Shown: positions 18,998 through 30,924, numbered from the stretch's first letter. The stretch: 35,866 bases of DNA from an uncultured delta proteobacterium (GCA_963798485.1 CAWCTR010000013.1:1-35866), one strand, 5' to 3'. The notes: generated by a model from the letters alone, not told the origin. Program-made: numbers and translations.

Positions 18998-19876
18998 ATG
19001 GAATACGATATGCCGCTCTACAGGCCGCCTTCAGAGGCGCGCTCTCTCATCTTCCAGGTGACATTAGGCTGTTCGTGGAACAAATGTATGTTCTGCGCCA
19101 TGTACAAGACCAAAAATTTCCTTGTAAGGCCGTTACCCGAGATCGAGAAGGATGTCCTGGAGATGGCGAGGCTCTACCCGCAGACACGCAAGATCTTCCT
19201 AGCCGACGGCGATCCCTTGGCTGCGCCAAGCGAGTTCCTTATCAGGGTCCTCGACCTCATGAACCAGCGGTTCCCCAAACTTGAGCGCATCAGCACCTAT
19301 GCCGGCCCCACCAATCTTAAGGACAAGTCAAAAGAAGAACTCAGGGAGTTCAAGGCACGTAAGCTCGATGTCCTCTACCTTGGCATCGAGACCGGGAATG
19401 ACCCCCTCCTGAAAAGGATCAAGAAGGGGGCAAAGGCCTCCCAGATCATAGACGTCTGCAGGAAGGCAAAAGATGCCGGCCTGCGCATGTCCACCTTCAT
19501 CATCCTGGGTCTGGGCGGCCTTGAGGGCAGTTATGACCACGCCAAGGATTCGGCCCGGGTGGCAAATGCCATCGACCCGGACTTCCTGGCAACGCTGACC
19601 CTCATGCTGGGACCCTATGAGAAACTCTACGAACAGGAGATCATGGGCGGCGGGTTCAAGCTCATCGACAAGAAGCAGTCCCTGCAGGAGCTCAGGTGGT
19701 TCGTAGAGGACCTTGATCTCACCGACTGCAAGTTCGGCTCTGAGCACGCATCCAACTACCTGCCCATCAGCGGGACCCTGCCCCGGGACAAACAGGAGAT
19801 CCTCGCTCTCATCGACAAGGCCCTTGCCGATAGCTCCTCAAAGATGATCAGGCCCGAGTGGGCCCGGGGGCTGTGA
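18998..19876 (+). CDS. Radical SAM protein (RPPSEA family), paralog of 17366-18259
   Basis: YRPPSEARSLI, GCSWNKCMFC, FLADGD, GIETGND, HASNY, RPEWARGL; AAGGAG RBS. Confidence 0.92.
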   Translation: MEYDMPLYRPPSEARSLIFQVTLGCSWNKCMFCAMYKTKNFLVRPLPEIEKDVLEMARLYPQTRKIFLADGDPLAAPSEFLIRVLDLMNQRFPKLERISTYAGPTNLKDKSKEELREFKARKLDVLYLGIETGNDPLLKRIKKGAKASQIIDVCRKAKDAGLRMSTFIILGLGGLEGSYDHAKDSARVANAIDPDFLATLTLMLGPYEKLYEQEIMGGGFKLIDKKQSLQELRWFVEDLDLTDCKFGSEHASNYLPISGTLPRDKQEILALIDKALADSSSKMIRPEWARGL

Positions 19877-19917
19877 TGGTTCTGTTAAGAAATAATGACA
19901 AAGGGGATTAAAGAAAG

Positions 19918-21186
19918 GTGATCAATGCAATACGCGGCATGAACGATATCCTTCCTGATGAGGCGGCCAAGTGGCGCCTTATGGAAGACACCACACGCAC
20001 TATCTTCTCGCTCTATGGCTTTTCCGAGCTGAGGCCGCCCGTGATGGAAAGGACCGAGCTCTTCCTCCGGGGTATCGGCGACGACACCGATGTGGTGGAA
20101 AAGCAGATGTACACCTTTATTGACAAATCGGGCGACTCGGTGACGCTCCGTCCCGAGGCCACGGCATGTGTGCTCCGCTCTGTCATCGAGCACGGCCTGT
20201 TGAACAAAGACCCCATCGTCAAGCTCTACAGTATCGGGCCCATGTTCCGCTACGAGCGGCCCCAGAAGGGCAGATACCGCCAGTTTCACCAGATCAATGC
20301 CGAGCGCCTGGGCGAGGATGGCCCTTTGGCGGATGCCGAGACGCTTGCCATGGCCTATAACCTGGCGAGTTCCATCCTGGGCGGCGATGTACTGCTCATG
20401 GAGGTGAACTCGCTCGGTTGCAAGCAATGCAGGCCAAGGTTCCAGGGGGCATTGCAGCGGTTCCTCGCCTCCAGGCAGGACACCCTTTGCGGCGACTGCA
20501 AGCGGCGGATGAACACAAACCCTTTACGGGTATTGGACTGCAAGGTACCCGCATGCAAGGAGGCGGTGCAGGGTGCGCCTTTTATCGAAGAACACCTCTG
20601 CGAAGACTGCCATACTCATTACTCCACAGTACTGACAGGGCTGGCCGCATTCGGCGTTAACTATGAGAAGAACCCAAGGCTGGTCAGGGGCCTTGATTAT
20701 TACACCAGGACCACCTTTGAGATAACGGCCACAGGGCTCGGATCCCAGAACGCCATCGCCGGAGGAGGCAGATACGACGACCTCTTGAGCTCCCTGGACG
20801 GTCCGGCGGTCGGCGGCATCGGCTTCGCGTTCGGCATGGAGCGCATGATCATGCTCATGGGCGAGCGCCAAGAGCGGATCAAGGGGTGCTTTGTCGTGGC
20901 CCAGGCCGAGCCCCGGGTGGAGCAGGAGGCCTTGGGCCTCATGACCGAACTCCGGGCGGCAGGCATCCGGGCCGAGGCCGCCTTCGGCAAGAGCATGAAG
21001 GCCCAGATGCGTCGCGCCGACAAGGCAGGATACCCTGTCTGTATCATCATAGGAATAACCGAGGTGGATTCGTCCACCCTTACGGTGAAGGACATGATCA
21101 ATGATGTGCCCCAGCGCACTATTCAGAGAAAAGACGCCGTTGAAGAGATCAAACCCATGCTTATAGATAAAGGAGATAACGCGTGA
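19918..21186 (+). CDS. hisS: Histidine--tRNA ligase
   Basis: [44 protein letters not shown]. Confidence 0.98.
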   Translation: MINAIRGMNDILPDEAAKWRLMEDTTRTIFSLYGFSELRPPVMERTELFLRGIGDDTDVVEKQMYTFIDKSGDSVTLRPEATACVLRSVIEHGLLNKDPIVKLYSIGPMFRYERPQKGRYRQFHQINAERLGEDGPLADAETLAMAYNLASSILGGDVLLMEVNSLGCKQCRPRFQGALQRFLASRQDTLCGDCKRRMNTNPLRVLDCKVPACKEAVQGAPFIEEHLCEDCHTHYSTVLTGLAAFGVNYEKNPRLVRGLDYYTRTTFEITATGLGSQNAIAGGGRYDDLLSSLDGPAVGGIGFAFGMERMIMLMGERQERIKGCFVVAQAEPRVEQEALGLMTELRAAGIRAEAAFGKSMKAQMRRADKAGYPVCIIIGITEVDSSTLTVKDMINDVPQRTIQRKDAVEEIKPMLIDKGDNA

Positions 21187-22967
21187 CGAGCGGCATGAAA
21201 GGATTGAAGCGGACACATTACTGCGGCGAGATCAACGAAGTCCCGGAAGGTACCTCCGTGACACTTTTCGGATGGGTCCAGCGCAGGAGGGACCTGGGCG
21301 GCCTCATATTCATCGACATACGCGACCGCACCGGCGTTGCCCAGGTGGTCTGCAATCCGGAAGACCAGCCAAAGGCCCACGCAGTAGCCCACACCTTAAG
21401 GCCCGAATACTGCATCGCCATCACGGGAGAGCTTATGATGCGGCCTGAAGAGATGCGGAACCCCGCCATGTCCACAGGGGATGTGGAGATAACAGCCCAT
21501 GAGATGGTAGTGTTCAACGAGGCGCTGACCCCTCCCTTTATCCTCGAAGACGGCGCCGAGGTCAACGATACCTTGAGGCTCAAACACCGCTACCTTGACC
21601 TGCGTAGGACCGCCCTGCAGCAGAACCTGCTTTTAAGGCACAAGGCCGCATCTGCGGTGAGACGGTATATGGACCGGCACGGCTTTATCGACGTGGAAAC
21701 CCCTGTGCTGACCAAGAGCACTCCCGAGGGTGCGCGCGACTACCTCGTGCCCAGCAGGATCTTCCCGGGCAAGTTCTATGCCCTGCCCCAATCTCCCCAG
21801 CTCTTCAAACAGCTCCTCATGGTTTCGGGCTTTGACCGCTACTACCAGATCGTCAAATGCTTCCGCGATGAGGACCTGCGCTCTGACCGCCAGCCGGAAT
21901 TCACCCAGATCGATATCGAGATGTCCTTTGTGGGCATGGATGATGTCCTCGACATCACCGAGGGCATGATCGCAGATCTTTTCAAAGAGACGAAAGGCGT
22001 GGAACTGAAGCGTCCCTTTCCAAGGCTCACCTATAGCCAAGCCATGGCCGACTACGGCAACGACAGGCCTGACACCCGCTTCGGCATGAAGCTTGTTGAT
22101 GTCTCTGATATCGCAGCCACATCCGACTTCCGCGTTTTCACCGCCACGGTGGCCGAGGGTGGGGCGGTCAAGGCCATAGCGGTGAAGGCCCCGCATAATC
22201 TCAGCAGAAAGGACCTGGACTCTTTACTGCCCATCATTGCGGATTATGGCGCCAAGGGAGTGCTCTGGGCCCGCATCGATGAGGATGGGTGGAAGTCCAC
22301 CCTGACGAAATTTTTCAAGGAAGGCCACCTGGCAGGTATTGCCCAGCGGCTCGATATGGCGCCGGGCGATGTGGCGTTGTTCATTGCAGACAAGAAGAAT
22401 GTGGTAAATGCAAGCCTGTCGGCCCTGAGGCTGCATCTGGCCGAACGCCTGAAGCTCATAGAGCCTGATACCTTTTGCGCGCTGTGGGTCACTGACTTCC
22501 CGCTGTTCGAATGGAGCGAGGAGCAGGGCAGGCTGGTATCGGTCCATCATCCCTTCACCTCGCCGGTCCTGGAAGATATCCCCCTGCTGGATACCGACCC
22601 GGCCAAGGTCAAGGCATTGGCCTATGACATGGTGATCAACGGCAGCGAGGTGGGCGGAGGCAGCATCAGGATACACTCCCAGGACCTCCAGCAAAAGATC
22701 TTCACGGCTATCGGGATGAGTGAGGAAGAGGCAAAAGTTAAGTTCGGGTTCCTCCTGGATGCACTCCAGTACGGCGCACCACCCCACGGAGGGCTCGCCT
22801 TCGGACTCGACAGGCTCATCATGCTGCTTGCCTGCACAACGAGCATCCGCGATGTCATTGCCTTCCCCAAGACACAGAAGGCGTTCTGCACCATGACAGA
22901 GGCCCCCTCTGACGCTGATCCCAGGCAGCTCGCCGAGCTAGGCCTGAAGATAATAGAGGGTAAATAA
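21183..22967 (+). CDS. aspS: Aspartate--tRNA ligase
   Basis: [51 protein letters not shown]. Confidence 0.98.
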   Translation: MTSGMKGLKRTHYCGEINEVPEGTSVTLFGWVQRRRDLGGLIFIDIRDRTGVAQVVCNPEDQPKAHAVAHTLRPEYCIAITGELMMRPEEMRNPAMSTGDVEITAHEMVVFNEALTPPFILEDGAEVNDTLRLKHRYLDLRRTALQQNLLLRHKAASAVRRYMDRHGFIDVETPVLTKSTPEGARDYLVPSRIFPGKFYALPQSPQLFKQLLMVSGFDRYYQIVKCFRDEDLRSDRQPEFTQIDIEMSFVGMDDVLDITEGMIADLFKETKGVELKRPFPRLTYSQAMADYGNDRPDTRFGMKLVDVSDIAATSDFRVFTATVAEGGAVKAIAVKAPHNLSRKDLDSLLPIIADYGAKGVLWARIDEDGWKSTLTKFFKEGHLAGIAQRLDMAPGDVALFIADKKNVVNASLSALRLHLAERLKLIEPDTFCALWVTDFPLFEWSEEQGRLVSVHHPFTSPVLEDIPLLDTDPAKVKALAYDMVINGSEVGGGSIRIHSQDLQQKIFTAIGMSEEEAKVKFGFLLDALQYGAPPHGGLAFGLDRLIMLLACTTSIRDVIAFPKTQKAFCTMTEAPSDADPRQLAELGLKIIEGK

Positions 22968-23767
22968 TGAGACGATACTGCAGTTTGTTTTTCCTGGTGC
23001 TGTTTCTCTTCGGTTGCGCCACGACCAAGACGGCGCAGGAAGGGTCGCAGCCCGACCCTAAAAAAGAAGCCATGAAGGTGCTGGCACAAGACATCAGGCA
23101 GGGCCTTGAGGCGCTGAACCACAAAGATGACGTAAAGGCCTCAGAGGCCTTCATCAAGGCCTTCAGAGCGCTTCGGGCCTTTGATGATGAAGGAAAGGCT
23201 ATTCTAGGCTCTGCATCTGAAAATCTCAAGAACGTCGTAGAGATCTCGGGTTTCGAGTATGCAAAGAAGGAATCATTCTCCCTGCTGCTCCTTTACCAGG
23301 ATATGCTTAAGGCTTATATGGATAACGATGCAAAAACCCTGCATTCGCTTGCCCTGAGCTTCAACACTGCCTATCTGGACGTTCAGGCCAAGACCGCTCA
23401 AGAAAAGCAGAAACGCATCGAAGAGCTCGACACCGAGATAACCCAAAAACGCGATGAGATCCAGAAGAGCTTAGAGCCTGTGATACCGGAGACCAACCCA
23501 ACCATATACGCAGTAAAGAAAGGGGATACCCTGCCGAGCATTGCCTCTAAGTACGAGATCTATAACGATTCTTACATGTGGCCGCTCATATACAAGGCGA
23601 ATCGCGACCAGATCAAGGACCCCAAGGTGCTCTACTCCGGTCAGGACCTGAAGATCCCCAGGGAGATGTCCGTCGAAGAGATCATCGAGGCCCGTAGGGA
23701 ATCCGGCGCCCCGGAGCCGGAGAAGATACCAAAGGACGCATACATTCCGAAAGGGAAGAAGAAATAA
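22967..23767 (+). CDS. LysM-domain lipoprotein
   Basis: Lipobox LFGC; coiled coil; YAVKKGDTL..IA...WPLIYKANRDQIKDP..LYSGQDLKIP. Confidence 0.9.
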   Translation: MRRYCSLFFLVLFLFGCATTKTAQEGSQPDPKKEAMKVLAQDIRQGLEALNHKDDVKASEAFIKAFRALRAFDDEGKAILGSASENLKNVVEISGFEYAKKESFSLLLLYQDMLKAYMDNDAKTLHSLALSFNTAYLDVQAKTAQEKQKRIEELDTEITQKRDEIQKSLEPVIPETNPTIYAVKKGDTLPSIASKYEIYNDSYMWPLIYKANRDQIKDPKVLYSGQDLKIPREMSVEEIIEARRESGAPEPEKIPKDAYIPKGKKK

Positions 23768-23768
23768 C

Positions 23769-25682
23769 ATGGCCAGATGGGACCCGGAAAAGAGGGTTTA
23801 TTATTACACCCCTGGTAAAAACTTTGAATCAGGCATCCAGGAGATCGAGCGCGGCAACTACTACCGCTCCATCTTCAATTATGACGAAATTCCGAAAATT
23901 GACTTTGATATGAGGCTGGTTCCCATCCAGCCGGCAGAAGACATCTTCATCACCGACACCACCTTCAGGGACGGGCAGCAGTCCATGACGCCTTTTTCCG
24001 TGGAGCAGATCGAGCGCATCTTTGATTTCCTGCACCGCATCGGCGGGGATTCCGGACTCATCAGGGGCAGCGAGTTCTTCCTCTACTCAAAAAAGGACAA
24101 GGCCGCCTGTGAGGCCTGCCTTGCCAAGGGGTATAATTTTCCAAGGGTGACCTCATGGATCCGCGCCCACAAAGACGACCTTAAGCTCGTGCACGAATTC
24201 GGTCTGAATGAAACCGGCATCCTCACCTCGGTTTCCGATTACCACATCTATCTCAAGCTCGGGTGGTCGCGCCGAAAGGCGCTGAACGACTACCTCGCCA
24301 TCGTCAAGGAGGCATTGAGCCGGGGTATCATCCCGAGGTGCCATTTTGAAGATGTGACCAGGGCCGATATATACGGGTTCTGTATCCCCTTTGCCCGCGA
24401 GCTCATGAGGCTCAGGGAAGAATCAGGGATCGACGTGAAGATAAGGCTCTGTGACACCATGGGTTATGGTGTTTCCTTTCCCGGGGCGGCGCTACCCAGG
24501 GCCGTGGACAAACTGGTTCGCGCCTTCATCGACGACGCGGGCGTGCCCGGGCACCTGCTGGAGTGGCACGGGCATAATGACTTCCATAAGGTGGTGGCAA
24601 ACGCGACTACGGCCTGGCTCTATGGGTGCGGTTCGGTCAACTGCGCCATCTTGGGGTTCGGCGAGCGCACGGGCAACACCCCCATCGAGGCCATGGTCTT
24701 TGAGTACCTTTCATTACGGGGTCACGACAAGAGTATAGACACCAGGGCCATCACCGAACTCGCCGAGTATGTGAGCTCGGAGATCAATTACCATATCCCG
24801 GGCAACTACCCCTTTGTGGGCAAGAACTTCAACGTGACCAGGGCGGGCATCCATGCGGACGGCCTGGTGAAGAACGAGGAGATCTACAACATCTTCAACA
24901 CGGACAAGTTCCTGAACCGGCCCATCGGGATCGCCATCACCGACAAGTCCGGCAAGGCGGGCATCGCACACTGGGTCAATTCCAATTTCAAGCTTGAGGA
25001 TTCCAACAAGATCGACAAGCGCCATCCCGGCATTACCCGTATGTACCAGCAGATCGCCAAGGAATTCGAAGACGGCCGCAACACCTCCATGACGGACGAG
25101 GAGTTGGAGAAGCTCACCATGCGTTTCATCCCCCACCTCTTCCTGTCGGGCTTCGACCTCATCAAGTATGAGGCCCAGGAGTATGCCAGCCAGCTCATCG
25201 AGAAGCTCCTGGAAAACGAAGACATGAAGAGCATGAAGCCCAAGAAGCAGGAGCCGGTCATCACCGAATTCATCAAGGAATATCCCTTTGTGCAGTTTGC
25301 CTATGTCACGGACATGAACGGCATCAAGATAACCAAGAATATCACCCAGCCCGAGTATCGCGGACAGTTCATGAACAAGATGAAGGAAGATGAAGACTGC
25401 TCGGATCGGGAATGGTTCATCAGGACCGTGGAGACGGGCAGGCTCCATGTGACCTCCGTGAACACATCCCGCATCACCGGGGCCTTGATTTTAACGGTCT
25501 CCGCGCCTGTTTTGAATGACAAGGAAGACATGGTGGGGGTCTTGGGTCTGGACATCAGGTTCGAGGACGTGGTCAAGGCCATTCAGAGCATGTACGAGGC
25601 CAGGGGGACGAGCATGAGCCCCAAAGACCTTCAGCACTATCAGCGGCTGCTCTGGGAGGAGTTGCACAGAAACTCGTTCTAA
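23769..25682 (+). CDS. DRE-TIM metallolyase, probable Re-citrate synthase, with C-terminal Cache-like domain
   Basis: [32 protein letters not shown]; C-terminal SDREWF...SRITG...TVSAP...GVLGLD; adjacent to icd. Confidence 0.78.
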   Translation: MARWDPEKRVYYYTPGKNFESGIQEIERGNYYRSIFNYDEIPKIDFDMRLVPIQPAEDIFITDTTFRDGQQSMTPFSVEQIERIFDFLHRIGGDSGLIRGSEFFLYSKKDKAACEACLAKGYNFPRVTSWIRAHKDDLKLVHEFGLNETGILTSVSDYHIYLKLGWSRRKALNDYLAIVKEALSRGIIPRCHFEDVTRADIYGFCIPFARELMRLREESGIDVKIRLCDTMGYGVSFPGAALPRAVDKLVRAFIDDAGVPGHLLEWHGHNDFHKVVANATTAWLYGCGSVNCAILGFGERTGNTPIEAMVFEYLSLRGHDKSIDTRAITELAEYVSSEINYHIPGNYPFVGKNFNVTRAGIHADGLVKNEEIYNIFNTDKFLNRPIGIAITDKSGKAGIAHWVNSNFKLEDSNKIDKRHPGITRMYQQIAKEFEDGRNTSMTDEELEKLTMRFIPHLFLSGFDLIKYEAQEYASQLIEKLLENEDMKSMKPKKQEPVITEFIKEYPFVQFAYVTDMNGIKITKNITQPEYRGQFMNKMKEDEDCSDREWFIRTVETGRLHVTSVNTSRITGALILTVSAPVLNDKEDMVGVLGLDIRFEDVVKAIQSMYEARGTSMSPKDLQHYQRLLWEELHRNSF

Positions 25683-25696
25683 GAGAAAGGATTGCA

Positions 25697-26911
25697 ATGG
25701 AAGGAACCAGGATACGGTTTCAGGAAGGAAGGCTTAATGTCCCCGATGACCCCATCATCCCCTTCATCGAGGGCGACGGCGTCGGGCCTGACATCTGGGC
25801 TGCATCGGAGAACGTCTTTGATGCAGCAATAAAAAAGGCTTACCACGGCAGAAGGCACATAATCTGGAAAGAGATTTATGCAGGTGAAAAGGCCAATGCC
25901 AAATTCGGAACCTACCTGCCGGACGAGACCATAGCGGCTTTTAAGGAGTACCTCGTGGGCATCAAAGGCCCCCTGACCACGCCCGTTGGCGGGGGTATCC
26001 GCAGCCTGAACGTGGCGCTTCGGCAAATCCTTGACCTGTTCGCCTGCATACGCCCGGTGAAGTACTACGCCGGCACCCCGGCACCGGTGAAAAGGCCCGA
26101 GCTCGTGGACATCGTTGTGTTCCGTGAGAACACCGAAGACCTCTATGCAGGCATCGAGTGGTCAAAGGGCAGCGCCGAGGTGTTAAAGGTCATCTCCTTT
26201 TTGAACGATCAGATGGGCACCCAAATCTCGGACGATTCGGGCATCGGCATCAAGCCCATATCCGTGCACGGCACCAAGCGGCTGGTGCGCATGGCCATCG
26301 AGTATGCCGTCAAGCATGGCAAGAAGACCGTGACGCTCGTGCACAAGGGCAACATCATGAAGTTCACCGAAGGCGCCTTCAGGGACTGGGGCTATGAGCT
26401 GGCAAAAGAGGAGTTCGGGGACGTGACGGTGAGTGAGGCCGACCTCAACAAGAACTATGACCACAAGCTGCCCGAGGGAAAGATCCTCATCAACGACCGC
26501 ATTGCCGACTCCATGTTCCAGCAGGTGCTCTTAAGGCCCGGGGAATACGAGGTGCTCGCCGTGCCGAACCTCATCGGCGACTTCATCTCGGACGCCCTGG
26601 CCGCCCAAGTGGGCGGGCTCGGTATGGCGCCGGGAGCGAACATCGGCATCCCCTTTGCCGTGTTCGAGGCCACCCACGGAACGGCCCCAAAATATGCGGG
26701 GCAGGACAAGATCAACCCCGGCTCTCTCATCCTGTCAGGGGCCATGATGCTCGAACACCTGGGCTGGACCGAAGCGGCTGAGCTCATCCGCAAGGGCATT
26801 GCAAAGGCCATCTCTGACAAGCAGGTCACCTACGACCTGGAGCGCCAGATGGAAGGGGCGACGCTCTTGAAGTGTTCCGAGTTCGGCAAGGCCATCATCG
26901 CGAGGATGTAA
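25697..26911 (+). CDS. icd: NADP-dependent isocitrate dehydrogenase
   Basis: [47 protein letters not shown]. Confidence 0.97.
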   Translation: MEGTRIRFQEGRLNVPDDPIIPFIEGDGVGPDIWAASENVFDAAIKKAYHGRRHIIWKEIYAGEKANAKFGTYLPDETIAAFKEYLVGIKGPLTTPVGGGIRSLNVALRQILDLFACIRPVKYYAGTPAPVKRPELVDIVVFRENTEDLYAGIEWSKGSAEVLKVISFLNDQMGTQISDDSGIGIKPISVHGTKRLVRMAIEYAVKHGKKTVTLVHKGNIMKFTEGAFRDWGYELAKEEFGDVTVSEADLNKNYDHKLPEGKILINDRIADSMFQQVLLRPGEYEVLAVPNLIGDFISDALAAQVGGLGMAPGANIGIPFAVFEATHGTAPKYAGQDKINPGSLILSGAMMLEHLGWTEAAELIRKGIAKAISDKQVTYDLERQMEGATLLKCSEFGKAIIARM

Positions 26912-26934
26912 TTTGCAGGGGCAGAAACTTATAT

Positions 26935-26973
26935 TCCCTCCCCTTCAAGGGGAGGGTCAGGGTGGGGATGGGG
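26935..26973 (+). repeat. CCCTC..GAGGG-type REP-like hairpin (copy 1)
   Basis: CCCTCCCC-TTCAA-GGGGAGGG-TCAGGGTGGGG; related copy at 34309-34347. Confidence 0.7.
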
Positions 26974-27043
26974 TTATGGAAAAACACTTGCAAGATCCAC
27001 ATCAAGGTCAGGACTGTAGGCGCTGAACGCTATTGTTGAACCC

Positions 27044-27069
27044 GTAGGGGCAGCCCTAGTGGCTGCCCT
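27044..27069 (+). repeat. GTAG-family REP (copy 1 of 3)
   Basis: GTAGGGGCAGCCCTAGTGGCTGCCCT; near-identical copies at 34389-34414 and 34789-34814. Confidence 0.8.
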
Positions 27070-27136
27070 TATCATATTTTGAGGAATCTTGAACCTAATA
27101 GAAGATCAATCGATAACTGCTGTATTTATTTAGAGA

Positions 27137-27361
27137 ATGGGGAACCCAGCTTTTCGCGGATAATAAGATGTTTTTTCACTTGAAAAATTTAAGAATATAG
27201 CGTAATTATTCTTTTTTAATTAAATGGTATCTCACCCCTGATCCCGCAACACATACCTCTTGAACGGCAAAAGATTGTGCACCGAATACCCGGATATGCA
27301 GCAGATGTGCTTTGGATAATTACATAGACGAAGCAAAAATCCAGTATCGTTATTGTTACGT
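27137..27361 (+). repeat. Conserved non-coding module copy A (promoter + attI-like end)
   Basis: Collinear with 34821-35055; TTGAAA-17-TAATTA promoter-like; ends GTTATT-GTTACGT. Confidence 0.8.
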
Positions 27362-27407
27362 TTCACATGGCACATCTGAACGACTTTTATTTTGATGGGA
27401 GGAACGT

Positions 27408-28109
27408 ATGTCGAACATTGAGAAAGCAATCTTGGGGGCTCTGGGAGGGTTCTCTGCAGTACTGATTAAGTTTCTCGGCCAGGACTATGCGAACGTGGTC
27501 GCTCACGCATCGAACCTCACAGCCGATCAGTTGCTGGCATACAAAATCGGCTATGGACTTCTTACCCCAATCCTCATGTTCTTGGGCGGCTTTATCGCTT
27601 GGATCTCAGACGAACAAAAGCGTCTCAAGATAGTAGCGCTGGCGGTTGCAGCCCCCGCGATGATCACTACTTGGGCGGGAGGTCAAAAAGTTGAATCAAC
27701 GTCTGCGTTGCAGGCCCTTCTTGTCCCTAGTGCTTACGCGCAGTCGCGTGATCCTGCCAAGGAGATCATCAACGTCGAAAACCCGGACGTCATTACGGAA
27801 AAAAACACTTTTCATCAAATCCAGAACGGTATCGGCGTTTTCTTCGGATACGGCAATCAACCCTCAAAATATCGGGTCATAGTCGGCTCCTACAAAGACA
27901 TGGACGCTGCTCAACAGTTTGCCGATAAGATAAATGCCGAGGACAGGACATTGAACGCCAGGGTCGGGCCAAAATCTCAACCAAACGATCCTTATTCAGT
28001 CATCGTCGGCGACTATAGCTCTCTGAGCGAAGCCAAGGAGTTACGACGAAAAGCCTTGGCCACTAAGTCCATCAAGAAAGCATATTTTTCCCCCGGGGCA
28101 CGGCGATGA
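27408..28109 (+). CDS. Multi-TM protein with C-terminal SPOR-like domain
   Basis: GGGAGG RBS; 3-4 TM helices; YRVIVGSY...AQQFADKI...YSVIVGDY...EAKEL...AY SPOR pattern. Confidence 0.75.
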   Translation: MSNIEKAILGALGGFSAVLIKFLGQDYANVVAHASNLTADQLLAYKIGYGLLTPILMFLGGFIAWISDEQKRLKIVALAVAAPAMITTWAGGQKVESTSALQALLVPSAYAQSRDPAKEIINVENPDVITEKNTFHQIQNGIGVFFGYGNQPSKYRVIVGSYKDMDAAQQFADKINAEDRTLNARVGPKSQPNDPYSVIVGDYSSLSEAKELRRKALATKSIKKAYFSPGARR

Positions 28110-28234
28110 GAAACTGAATGGCTGAATGGGTATCACCTTGCCTTTTGCCTGCCGGATTATGAAAAGCAAAAAACAAGACCCCTTTATGACCTCAGGGTCC
28201 AGAGCGGGCATTGAAACGTGGGTATGACGGTTGC

Positions 28235-28262
28235 CGTTACTGTTTGCCGGAAAACAGTAACG
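28235..28262. other. Perfect 11-bp inverted repeat
   Basis: CGTTACTGTTT-gccgga-AAACAGTAACG upstream of the GH13 gene; operator or hairpin. Confidence 0.5.
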
Positions 28263-28315
28263 AGTAGGTATAGGCCTCACCTCAGGGTTCGTGGAAGGGG
28301 TAAAGGAGGGGAAAC

Positions 28316-30730
28316 ATGCCACTTCAAAAAGTCGAGTTTCAATTCATAACCGGGCTGAAGCGCTCGATTTTTCGCCATGCCCGCTTGCGCGGCAGTTGGG
28401 ACGCACAGGGCCGGTATTCGGATACCTGGATGGAATCCCCCATGCAGAAACAAGCCGGGGCTGATGGGTGCCCGATCTTTCACGCCACTGTCTTGCTTGA
28501 CCTTGCCGACCGGGACAAGATCTTCAAGTGGGGGGTGGTCCTCGATGGGCCGCAGGGTAGCAGTTTCTGGGGCATTCCGACTGAAGTACATGATGCAACG
28601 TCCACCGAGCGCTTCCGACAGTTTCAGCTCAGCAGCAGTGATACTGCGCTCCAGGTCGAACGCTACTACTTTACCTATTGCCGCCGCCTAGGGGCCAATA
28701 AACTCTTCGTTACGGGAATTGCCGAGCCAGGCCTGCACTTTGCCGTATGGGCACCCAATGCGCAAAAGGTGGAAGTCGTCTTCGGAAACCCGGCAAACGG
28801 GTATATTGCCAATGACGGTAGCGGTATTGATGCGGCGAAACCGGTTGTGGCGCTTACCCGCCAAGCTGACGGCATGTGGGAAGGCGGTCCGAAGGGAACC
28901 TTTGAAACATACAAGGGCCTACCCTACCTGTATCGCATCGAAAATGCGCAGGGCCAACCTGTGTATCACACCGATATCTTCTCCCGCAGCCAGATCGGCA
29001 AAGGCGACACAAACCCCGGGGGGAACGCATGGTCCGGAAAAATCGATGACTTGGACGGCACGGTTAGTTGCAGCGTGGTCATTGACCCTGATGTGGTGCG
29101 CCGGAATTTCGAATCCCCTGCCCCCGGAGAGAAGCCGGACCTCATAGCGGCAACGGAATTCTGGGCTACGGAATTCACGTCCGGCCTGCCGGTGCCCACC
29201 CGTCTGGAAGATCTCGTGATTTATGAGTTGCATGTCGGCTCTTTGGGGTTTGGCAAGGCCGGCCCCGGTGATTTGAGCGACGCGCTGAACTTCTTGGATC
29301 ATCTTGTAGACCTCGGGGTGAACGCAGTGGAACTCCTGCCCATGGCCCAGTTCTCAGGCAATGTCGGCTGGGGCTATGGTGACACGCACCACTTCTGTAT
29401 TGAATCCAGTGCCGGCGGGCGCGATAAATACCGGAACTTCGTGCGGGAGTGCCACCGGCGGGGTATCGCTGTCATTCAGGACGTGGTCTACAATCACTTC
29501 GACGGCGAGGCTGAGCGCGCCGAGTGGCAGTATGACTCTACCGCTCCGGAAGAGAACATCTACTACTGGTATGAGGGACGTGCTACTGATTACAAGTTTT
29601 CTGATGGGGGCTACCTCGACAACGGCTCCACCGGATATACCCCGCGCTTTTGGGAAGAAATCGTACGCCAGGTTTTCATCAGCAGTGCCGTTTTCCTCAT
29701 CGAGGAAATGCATGTCGATGGCCTCCGGGTAGACTTGACGCAGGCGATCCACCGCGACAACGTGCTCCATGCAGACGGGCGGTCGATCGGCAGCGCCAAC
29801 AACTTCGGGCAGAAGATGCTCCGCGAATGGAGCCGTACGCTTAACATGATCCGGCCCACAGTCATGCTGATTGCAGAAGACCATACCGGATGGGATGCCG
29901 TAACAAAACTGCCGGCCCAGGGAGGGCTTGGCTTTAACGCCAGATGGGCGGTGGAGTTTTACCACAACTTGATCGGCGATTCCGACATGGCCGGAGGTAA
30001 GGCGCGGCTCTTGAAACAAGCCGGACTCGGCAGCAACGATCCTCTCGGGATGGACCAATTTTCCGGCACCCTCTACGGGAGCTACTACAACCAAGTCGTT
30101 TTCCATGAATCGCACGACGAGGCCGGCAATTCCAGCGGCACGGAACGGACCATGGTGACTGCCGTCAATGGTGCGGCTATCTATGGCGACACGCGCATCT
30201 GGGCAGAGGCACGCTCGCGCGTGTGCTTCGGCCTGTCTTTGCTCTCGGCAGGCATACCCATGTTCTTTATGGGCGAAGAGATCGGGGCGCAGAAGCCCTA
30301 TACCTATAATAATTTTCTATCAAACCGTGAAGATATCCTTGGCGAGCGGTCCGCAAACGGCAAGGCGCTCTTTCGCTTTTATCAGGAGCTCATCAGTCTC
30401 AGCCGCCGTCTGCGCTCGATACGCAGCCAAAACATTGATATCCTCCACCAGTCAAACGCCAATCGAGTCATCGCCTTCAAGCGCTGGAGTGGGGATGAGG
30501 AAATCATTATCGCCGCGAGCCTGAACAACTCCGCGTTCGCTAACGGGTACGTCATTGCAAAAGATCTGACGGCCATTCCCAATGCCTTATGGAAAGAGGT
30601 CTTCAACAGCGATGCTGCCGTCTATGGCGGCCGGAACATGGGTAATGGCGGCGCAACTATCTACTCCAACCAGGGCTGCCTCAACGTGGTGATCCCTGCC
30701 AATGGCTTCGCGGTGTTTGTGAAGCAATGA
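28316..30730 (+). CDS. GH13 alpha-amylase family enzyme (glycogen branching/TreZ-like) with CBM48
   Basis: FAVWAPNA, IYELHVG, WGY, DVVYNH, DGLRVD, IAED, SHDE, PMFFMGEE. Confidence 0.9.
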   Translation: MPLQKVEFQFITGLKRSIFRHARLRGSWDAQGRYSDTWMESPMQKQAGADGCPIFHATVLLDLADRDKIFKWGVVLDGPQGSSFWGIPTEVHDATSTERFRQFQLSSSDTALQVERYYFTYCRRLGANKLFVTGIAEPGLHFAVWAPNAQKVEVVFGNPANGYIANDGSGIDAAKPVVALTRQADGMWEGGPKGTFETYKGLPYLYRIENAQGQPVYHTDIFSRSQIGKGDTNPGGNAWSGKIDDLDGTVSCSVVIDPDVVRRNFESPAPGEKPDLIAATEFWATEFTSGLPVPTRLEDLVIYELHVGSLGFGKAGPGDLSDALNFLDHLVDLGVNAVELLPMAQFSGNVGWGYGDTHHFCIESSAGGRDKYRNFVRECHRRGIAVIQDVVYNHFDGEAERAEWQYDSTAPEENIYYWYEGRATDYKFSDGGYLDNGSTGYTPRFWEEIVRQVFISSAVFLIEEMHVDGLRVDLTQAIHRDNVLHADGRSIGSANNFGQKMLREWSRTLNMIRPTVMLIAEDHTGWDAVTKLPAQGGLGFNARWAVEFYHNLIGDSDMAGGKARLLKQAGLGSNDPLGMDQFSGTLYGSYYNQVVFHESHDEAGNSSGTERTMVTAVNGAAIYGDTRIWAEARSRVCFGLSLLSAGIPMFFMGEEIGAQKPYTYNNFLSNREDILGERSANGKALFRFYQELISLSRRLRSIRSQNIDILHQSNANRVIAFKRWSGDEEIIIAASLNNSAFANGYVIAKDLTAIPNALWKEVFNSDAAVYGGRNMGNGGATIYSNQGCLNVVIPANGFAVFVKQ

Positions 30731-30924
30731 GCGACCCACGCCGGCGTGATGGCGCTTTATCATTAAAGAAGAGGTTCCCAAGTTCTCTAAAATGAAGTAG
30801 CCTTGTGATTCCATCATCAGATTCGGGCTGGAAAATCATTCATCGGATGTTGTCCGTCGATGGAGAGGGCTTTATGCAGGATTTTGTGAAGACAGTGGAG
30901 GCGCTGTTTGAGGGTAATTCCCCG

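Noticed and set aside
27137-27361. Module as a known riboswitch or an intI 5' remnant
   Set aside because: No aptamer motif I recognise; minus-strand translations contain stops and lack integrase motifs. An Rfam scan is still needed.
28235-28262. Hairpin as an attC for the SPOR cassette
   Set aside because: Wrong polarity (GTTAC...GTAAC rather than RYYYAAC...GTTRRRY), too short, and no extrahelical bases.
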